The translations under genes and the position numbers were made by a program. Positions 1 to 5,921 of a stretch of DNA of 20,000 nucleotides are shown here, piece by piece. Position 1 is the stretch's first letter. The number at the start of each line of letters is the position of its first letter. Below the pieces are notes generated by a model, which was not told where the DNA came from, did not search any database, and saw nothing but the letters and a program-made list of their open reading frames with translations. The DNA is taken from the sequence record SRR22947725_333; one strand, written 5' to 3'.

Positions 1-1
1 G

Positions 2-193
2 AATGCCACAAATAAGTCCTCCGGTGCCTACGGCATCCCGCAGTCGCTTCCGGCGACCAAGATGGCAAAGGCGGGAGCTGACTGGAGAACAAATCCCGAG
101 ACCCAGGTTCGCTGGGGCATTGGCTATATCGACGGCAGGTATGGATCGCCTTGTGCAGCCTTGGTGCACTCTGACGAGCACAACTGGTACTAA
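2..193 (+). CDS. Lytic transglycosylase-like (SLT/lysozyme-like, aggregation-promoting-factor C-terminal type) protein, 3' fragment; 5' end lies outside the window
   Basis: Not in the ORF track. Frame starting at base 2 reads NATNKSSGAYGIPQSLPATKMAKAGADWRTNPETQVRWGIGYIDGRYGSPCAALVHSDEHNWY*, matching the actinobacterial motif NxSSGAYGIPQxLP..KM..AG.DW.TNP.TQ..WG..YI..RYGSPC.A......WY*. Stop TAA 191-193 overlaps the next ATG (TAATG). Confidence 0.9.
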   Translation, partial: NATNKSSGAYGIPQSLPATKMAKAGADWRTNPETQVRWGIGYIDGRYGSPCAALVHSDEHNWY

Positions 194-489
194 TGGCTAG
201 GGGCAAAAAACGTCGCGGAGCTCCAAAGCGCGAGTACGAAGAGCTTGATGTCACGAGATTGAGAATGTCCATCCCTCACACCGAGCAAAAGCGTGGGGGA
301 GAGTTTCAAGTCCAGCAGACCATGGGCTCTAACGCCGAAGAGGGAAAGACCTGGATCTGTCCAGTTTGTGTGGTTCTCATAGAGCCAGGGGTGGTTCACA
401 CCGTGGCCTGGGATATCCACCGCGGGGTTCAATCCAGGCGCCACTTCCATAACCACTGCTGGAAGCTCTTTGATGGGATTCTTCCCTGA
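193..489 (+). CDS. Small conserved actinobacterial hypothetical protein with CxxC...H...HxHxxC (putative Zn-binding; resembles M. tuberculosis Rv1322 as recalled)
   Basis: 98 aa with basic N-terminus, KTWICPVC, HTVAW and RRHFHNHCW. Coupled on both sides by TAATG (191-195) and TGATG (487-491) overlaps. Confidence 0.8.
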   Translation: MARGKKRRGAPKREYEELDVTRLRMSIPHTEQKRGGEFQVQQTMGSNAEEGKTWICPVCVVLIEPGVVHTVAWDIHRGVQSRRHFHNHCWKLFDGILP

Positions 490-1193
490 TGGAGATCACC
501 TCAAACACTGTCCTTCCGGCAACGCGAGAAGACATCGAACTTCACACCGCAGATGGCCAGGTCCTGGTTGGCGAGCTGGCTCTTCCCGAGTCTGGAACCC
601 CCACGGCAACGCTCATTACATTGCATCCGCTTCCGACCCACGGCGGGTTTATGGACTCTCACGTCCTCCGCAAAGCCGCTAATCGCCTTCCTAAGCTTGC
701 AAACCTTGCAGTTATTCGGTTCAACACCCGCGGCACATCATCGCCCCGAGGAGCCTCAACCGGCAGTTTCGACGGCGGTGTCCTAGAGCAGCACGATGTG
801 GCGGCCGCAGTTGAATTTGCCAAGAGTCGAGGGCTGACGAACCTATGGCTCGTTGGTTGGTCCTTTGGCACTGAGCTTGCGATCAAGTACGGACCAGACC
901 ACGAAATCTCGGGCGCAATTTTGCTCTCACCACCACTTCACAGAGCAAGCGAAGCCGATCTATTGCGCTGGAATGAGTTTGCTAGACCACTAATTGCCTT
1001 TGTGCCGGAGCTGGATGAGTTCCTGAAGCCAAAGGAGGCGGCCGAGCGATTCGCTCTAGTCCCGCATGCCAAGGTGCTGGCATTCGACGGAGAAAAACAT
1101 CTTTGGGTGGGGGAAAGTGCGACCAGAAGGGTGCTCAACCAGATTGTTCAAGAGGTAAACCCCTCGGTTGGAACTCTCCCTACAAGCCTTTAG
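489..1193 (+). CDS. Alpha/beta-fold hydrolase (HPxPxxGGxM subfamily)
   Basis: HPLPTHGGFMD, RFNTRG, nucleophile elbow GWSFG, candidate acid in PELDEF and His in EKHLW give a complete Ser-Asp-His triad. Confidence 0.9.
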   Translation: MEITSNTVLPATREDIELHTADGQVLVGELALPESGTPTATLITLHPLPTHGGFMDSHVLRKAANRLPKLANLAVIRFNTRGTSSPRGASTGSFDGGVLEQHDVAAAVEFAKSRGLTNLWLVGWSFGTELAIKYGPDHEISGAILLSPPLHRASEADLLRWNEFARPLIAFVPELDEFLKPKEAAERFALVPHAKVLAFDGEKHLWVGESATRRVLNQIVQEVNPSVGTLPTSL

Positions 1194-2242
1194 CGCAGCT
1201 GCTGGGTTGGCATCCAAACCTCGCGGATAATCAGCAAGATTGATGCCGCGACTGGAATAGCAATTAGCGCCCCGAGGATTCCCATCAGCGTGCCACCCAT
1301 CAGGGCAGCAATCACAACTATGGAAGCTGGTACTGAAACAGCACGCTTCATGACCCTTGGGCTAATTAGGTAGGCCTCGACCTGGAGGTAAACCAGGTAG
1401 TAGATAACTGCCCAGAGGGCATAGCTCGAGCCTGAGAGGTAACTCACACCAACAACCAGCAAGCCTGCCGATGCGGGACCAACCAGCGGAATAAGGGCCA
1501 GCAAGAAGGCGGCAAGGCTCAGAAGAAGTGAGTACTGAGAGCCAACAATTGTCAAAAAGATAAACAGAACGGTGGCGTGAAGGAGTGCCACTGAGGTTTG
1601 TCCCATAACCCAACGACCCACCGAGAGTGCGACCTGGTCAGTAAGTTTCTTAAACCGCTCACGCTTCGAGGCCGCGGTAAGTCTGGAGAGGTACTCCTTC
1701 ATGGGCTCTAGCGACGCCATGAAGTAGATGCTCAGAATGACGACGATGATGAACCCGACCACACCACTTAGTACCCCAAAGCCAACCTGCAAGACTCCAC
1801 CCAAAAGCGTCGGCCAGTTCGTTGTGTCAGTCAGGAATTCAAGTGCACCGTCAGCGACTGCCGTGATGTTTCCACCAAGCTGAGCATCCCAAGAGGAGAT
1901 TAGGTCGTTGGAAACCACGTTTGTCACGATGGTTGGTATCCGATTAATAAGCTTTCCTGCTTCGGTCACAGCTGTCGGGATAATCGCCCAGAGCAAGAGA
2001 GCCACCGCGCCCAAGAAGCCCGCGATAACGATAATGACGGCAAGTGGCCTGGGAAGCTTCCACTTGGTCAGGGCCCGAACTATCGGATCCATGCCAAGTG
2101 CAATGAAGAGGGCTATTCCGATGTAGGTGAGGATGGTTGCGGTTTGGGTAACCGCAGCACCGATAAGGATTGCCGTGAGCACGCCGAGTCCACCAACCAG
2201 GCCAACCTGGAAGGCATTTGTGACTCTCGCCCGCTGCTCCAT
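1190..2242 (-). CDS. AI-2E (PerM/UPF0118) family membrane transporter
   Basis: 350 aa multi-TM protein with ALGMDPIV, LIPLVG and QVEAYLISPRVMKRAV..GGTLMGILGALIAIP. AAGGA RBS lies in the end of the upstream gene. Confidence 0.9.
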   Translation of the reverse strand: MEQRARVTNAFQVGLVGGLGVLTAILIGAAVTQTATILTYIGIALFIALGMDPIVRALTKWKLPRPLAVIIVIAGFLGAVALLLWAIIPTAVTEAGKLINRIPTIVTNVVSNDLISSWDAQLGGNITAVADGALEFLTDTTNWPTLLGGVLQVGFGVLSGVVGFIIVVILSIYFMASLEPMKEYLSRLTAASKRERFKKLTDQVALSVGRWVMGQTSVALLHATVLFIFLTIVGSQYSLLLSLAAFLLALIPLVGPASAGLLVVGVSYLSGSSYALWAVIYYLVYLQVEAYLISPRVMKRAVSVPASIVVIAALMGGTLMGILGALIAIPVAASILLIIREVWMPTQQLR

Positions 2243-2246
2243 CGCG

Positions 2247-3305
2247 CTATTCCTTTTCTAGGTCTGCAACCACGCTACGCAGGTTTTCCAGATAAGTCTT
2301 GCTTGACAGCACCTTGTTCTCAAGCTCGGCAAGCTCTGCCTTGGCATTTCTCACGAGTTCTGCCGCCTCAGCCTGGGCACTAGAGCCTGTTGCAACCGCT
2401 TCAAGCTCGGCGGACCTGACCAGCGCTTCGGCCTTCTCTCTGGCCTCTGTAAGCATGCGCGACTGTGTCTTGGAGGTCTCAAGTTCGAGCGTTTCGACCT
2501 CGAGCCTGAGGGTCTTGGCAGCCTGCTTCAGGTCAGTAATGTCCTTTTGGGCCGACTCGAGATACTGCTGAGTCTGCAGCACGGCCTCGTTGTGCTTTGC
2601 AAGGTATTCGGCCTCTGCCTCTTTCCTGCGCTGAGCAATCTGGGCCTCAAGTTCGGCCACCAACTTCTCCCGGACCTTGTCCTCTACTGAAATATCTGAG
2701 CTAAGGAGGTACTCCTTGGAGGCAAACCTTGCCTCTAGCTCCTGCTGCCTTGCTTCGAGTTCTCGTTTCGCGGTGGTGCGCATAGCCGCAATCTCCGTGG
2801 CGACCTGACCCCTTAGTCTGCCTGCCTCTACTTCAGCCGCACTCACTAGGGCAGTAGCACTGCGTTCTGCCTTTGCGATGAGCTGATCGGCCTCAATGCT
2901 GGCCTCTGAGATGCGCCTAGCTGAGCGGCGCTCTGCCGCATCTAGCTGTTCCTGATAGCGCCTCTCGACCTCTTCGGTCTTTGTAAGCAACTCAGCCTCG
3001 ACGCTCTCGACGAGCTCCTGGGCCTCTTGTCGGGCCTTCTCACCGAGTTCAAGCGCAACCTGCTCGGCTGTGGAAAGAAGAGCGGATGCCTTTGTACCAA
3101 GGGCTGAGTAGCTGGGCTGAGTCCTTAGGCCAAGTTCCTGTTCGGTCTCCTGCAAACGCTGATTGAGCCTGAGAGTCTCGGCTTGAAGTTCGGCGTTTTG
3201 CTCCTTGAGCCTCACCAGCTCTGCGCTGAGGGCCTTGAGCTCTCGTTCGACAGGCTGAGGGTCATAGCCGCGACGGACAATCTCGAAGCGAGAATCTGCT
3301 GCCAA
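2247..3305 (-). CDS. FilP/DivIVA-like coiled-coil cytoskeletal protein
   Basis: TTG start with GGGGG upstream. N-terminal FEIVRRGYDxxxVE (DivIVA/FilP head motif), heptad coil, PSYSALG linker (FilP has PSYAGLG as recalled), then long Ala/Glu-rich 11-residue-periodic coil. Confidence 0.8.
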   Translation of the reverse strand: MAADSRFEIVRRGYDPQPVERELKALSAELVRLKEQNAELQAETLRLNQRLQETEQELGLRTQPSYSALGTKASALLSTAEQVALELGEKARQEAQELVESVEAELLTKTEEVERRYQEQLDAAERRSARRISEASIEADQLIAKAERSATALVSAAEVEAGRLRGQVATEIAAMRTTAKRELEARQQELEARFASKEYLLSSDISVEDKVREKLVAELEAQIAQRRKEAEAEYLAKHNEAVLQTQQYLESAQKDITDLKQAAKTLRLEVETLELETSKTQSRMLTEAREKAEALVRSAELEAVATGSSAQAEAAELVRNAKAELAELENKVLSSKTYLENLRSVVADLEKE

Positions 3306-3327
3306 GAGATAACCCCCGATGTGCGAC

Positions 3328-3354
3328 TAAACTTTTGCGAGCTAGCAAAGTCTA
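3328..3354. promoter_or_regulatory. Divergent promoter region with opposed -10 hexamers flanking a palindrome
   Basis: TAAACT on + at 3328-3333 and TAGACT on - at 3354-3349 both fit actinobacterial TANNNT. Between them lies TTTGCGAGCTAGCAAA (3334-3349), palindromic except one pair. Confidence 0.5.
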
Positions 3355-3369
3355 CTCGGAGCTAATCAC

Positions 3370-5073
3370 ATGCGCTTTTGGCTTGCCCTTGTCCTATTCG
3401 TAGGCGGATTGGCAGCGGGCAGTGTCGGGGTGGTAAACCAGGTTGAAAACACCCCAATAGACACCATCATCGCTTCCCAGGAGCTTGACCAGCCCACCAC
3501 CTATGTGATGATCCCAAACAAGCTTCTCACCGCCTACAGCGCTAGCCCAAAGATCACCGTTAGAGGCGGAGAGATATTTGTGGCGACTGGTCGCCAGAGC
3601 GATATCGAGGCCTGGCTTGAGGGAAGCCCATACGTTGAGCTAAGGCTAAGTATCGACGTTGCGCGGGAGACTGCGGAGCTTGCAGAGGTCTTGGTGGCAG
3701 GCAGTGGGAACCTCGCGGACCCCAATGGCTCAGACATTTGGAAGCAAGAAATCAACGGTCGCTCACAGGTCACGCTCAATTTAGAGCAGGACAACCAGAC
3801 CGCAATCCTGGTGGCCTCAAACGGGCTGGAACTCGCCCCCAGAAGCATCGCGATTGAATGGGATATTGCAGACGAAGAGGTCGAAATACCACCAATTACC
3901 TATGTTGGCGTTGGGCTGATGGCACTCGGATCAATCGCTGGGCTCTGGGCTGCTATTGGCTTTGCAAACAAGTACCGCTCATCTAGACGTCGAGGCCCAA
4001 AGCCTCCGAGGCGAAAGAGTCCGAGGAGGGCCGTATCCCAGGCTGGAGCCGGCCCAAGGCGCGGCAGAAGAGCCATGCGGCCAAATGCCTTTATCGCAAT
4101 TGGCCTTAGCACTGCGCTGCTTAGTGGCTGCGTGGCGGAGTATGAGAACCCAGTTCTTTCTCCCAGCCCACTTTCGAGTCCAGAAATTCTCACCCCAGCA
4201 CTGACCCGGGACCAGGTGAGCGAGATACTCTTCGAAATCGCTGAGGTAGTTAGGGTTGCGGACGAAAACAACGATCGCGAGTCCTTGGAGACCAGGGTCA
4301 CCGGCCCAGCACTTGAGATGAGGCGCTTTGCCTACAACCTAATCTCTCGACTTGACCAGGAGGAGAGCACTCTGGAGCCCCTGCTGGCTGGCCCCATTCA
4401 ACTCTTCCTACCTCCCGCCACGGACAGCTGGCCTCGCAACGTGATGGTGGTAACCGGCGAAGAGCAGCTTCAGATGCTGGTGCTCAGACAAGAAACCGTT
4501 AGAGACCAATACAAGCTCTTTCAATACATGTCGCTTTTGCCGGGAGCTGACTTCCCGGATGTGGCGTCAGAGCTCACGGGCGCGAGCTCGTTAAACCCGG
4601 ACAACAAGTTCTTACTCGTTTCGCCTCGGCTGCTCGGGGAGGCGGTCGGTGATCTACTCAACAACGGTGCGGATTCTTTGTGGGTAGACATCGTTGATCC
4701 AAACAATGACTACATCAAGGACGTGGCATCTGTTCAGCGCGGTCTGGCCGAGACTCTCAGCAACGCAAACCTGGACTTCCAGCATGAGCAGACAGAAGAC
4801 CCGATGGTCTTGCTTTCATCCCTTGATGGCGGAGCTCTTGTTGGTATCTACATGATTGACACCTACACAATCATCCCGAAGGAGCCCGGCGATGCAGTAG
4901 CCATAGCTGGTGACGAGGCCGTGCTGCTTGGAACCAGCGGTTCTGCAACTGGCATAGAAACTCGCTACGGCGCGATGCTGCTGTTCCACATCCCAGTCAC
5001 AGGTGGCGATGCTCAGGTGAGATTGCTTGGGGCAACGCAGCAGCTTCTGACCGCGGTAGCCTTGGGGTCGTAA
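3370..5073 (+). CDS. Uncharacterised membrane-anchored protein with N-terminal signal/TM, mid TM, Arg/Pro-rich loop and internal lipoprotein signal (lipobox LSGC)
   Basis: 567-aa ORF, ATG preceded by GGAG (3358-3361). Hydrophobic segments at about aa 3-23, 177-198 and 240-253, with Cys254 in LLSGC. Stop overlaps the next ATG (TAATG). Confidence 0.8.
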   Translation: MRFWLALVLFVGGLAAGSVGVVNQVENTPIDTIIASQELDQPTTYVMIPNKLLTAYSASPKITVRGGEIFVATGRQSDIEAWLEGSPYVELRLSIDVARETAELAEVLVAGSGNLADPNGSDIWKQEINGRSQVTLNLEQDNQTAILVASNGLELAPRSIAIEWDIADEEVEIPPITYVGVGLMALGSIAGLWAAIGFANKYRSSRRRGPKPPRRKSPRRAVSQAGAGPRRGRRAMRPNAFIAIGLSTALLSGCVAEYENPVLSPSPLSSPEILTPALTRDQVSEILFEIAEVVRVADENNDRESLETRVTGPALEMRRFAYNLISRLDQEESTLEPLLAGPIQLFLPPATDSWPRNVMVVTGEEQLQMLVLRQETVRDQYKLFQYMSLLPGADFPDVASELTGASSLNPDNKFLLVSPRLLGEAVGDLLNNGADSLWVDIVDPNNDYIKDVASVQRGLAETLSNANLDFQHEQTEDPMVLLSSLDGGALVGIYMIDTYTIIPKEPGDAVAIAGDEAVLLGTSGSATGIETRYGAMLLFHIPVTGGDAQVRLLGATQQLLTAVALGS

Positions 5074-5921
5074 TGACTGAATTTGGTAACGCTTTTGACC
5101 TCTCCAAGCTCTCTGGGGAGGAGGGTGGAAACACCGTCAGCGCCTGGCTTGTAAGCGGCGACGAGCAAACTCTTCGCAGCTACCTAAAGCTCAGCGAACA
5201 GGTTCCCGTGCTGATGCTAATCAGTGATGACAGCGCAGACTCTGCTGCGGTGAAGACGCTGCTGACTAAAACCCTGGAGGCGAGCGAGGGCCGCTTCGCG
5301 GGTATCGAGATCAGCATGACCGCAGCACCCCAACTCGCTCAGGCAGTAGGCGTTTCCATGGCACCTGCGATGTTGGCAATACTCTCCGGACAACCCGCAC
5401 CACTCTTCCAGGGCAACATCGCCCAGGAGCAGTTTCTTCAGGTGCTCTCTCAGGTGCTGCAGCTTGCCAAGCAAAACAACATCACCGGCACAGTAAAGCT
5501 GGGAGCAGAACCCGAAAAGGAATCCGAGCCCCAGAAACCGCTCAGTCCCGAACACCAAGAGGCCTTTGCCGCAATTGAGCGAGGAGACTTTGCGGGAGCG
5601 AAGTCCAGCTACGAAAAGATTCTTGTTGAATACCCAAATGACCAAGAAGCCCATGCGGGACTTGCGCAGGTAGAGCTCATGATTCGGCTGCAGGGCCGAG
5701 AGCAAACTTCTGAGCTTGAGGCCGCGATGCTTGGTGCGGATCAGCTAATTGCCTCTAATAACGCAGAAGGCGCCTTCGAGCATCTTCTTGGCCTATTTGC
5801 AGAGCGAATCGATGATCGAGAAGCAATCAAGGAGAGACTGCTAAAGCTGTTTCTGATTCTCGGTAACGATCACCCTGCGGTGCTTCAAGCCCGCAGGCGC
5901 CTAGCCTCGTTGATGTTCTAG
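5073..5921 (+). CDS. ybbN: CnoX/YbbN-like thioredoxin-fold + TPR co-chaperone with degenerate redox site
   Basis: GNAFDLS start, SEQVPVL, PQLAQAVGV..P...A...GQP.PLFQG (Trx fold), TPR-like AFAAIERGDFAGAKSSYEKILVEYPND.EA..GLAQ, C-terminal RLLKLF..LG..HP.V..ARRRLASLMF. Confidence 0.8.
   Translation: MTEFGNAFDLSKLSGEEGGNTVSAWLVSGDEQTLRSYLKLSEQVPVLMLISDDSADSAAVKTLLTKTLEASEGRFAGIEISMTAAPQLAQAVGVSMAPAMLAILSGQPAPLFQGNIAQEQFLQVLSQVLQLAKQNNITGTVKLGAEPEKESEPQKPLSPEHQEAFAAIERGDFAGAKSSYEKILVEYPNDQEAHAGLAQVELMIRLQGREQTSELEAAMLGADQLIASNNAEGAFEHLLGLFAERIDDREAIKERLLKLFLILGNDHPAVLQARRRLASLMF

Noticed and set aside
3..200. 65-aa ORF MPQISPP in the track
   Set aside because: Alternative frame over the real transglycosylase-like frame (2..193); no recognisable motif.
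3370..5073. Glycosyltransferase or other enzyme call for the 567-aa protein, suggested by the nearby glycogen genes
   Set aside because: No glycosyltransferase or hydrolase motif recognised; only topology is supported.
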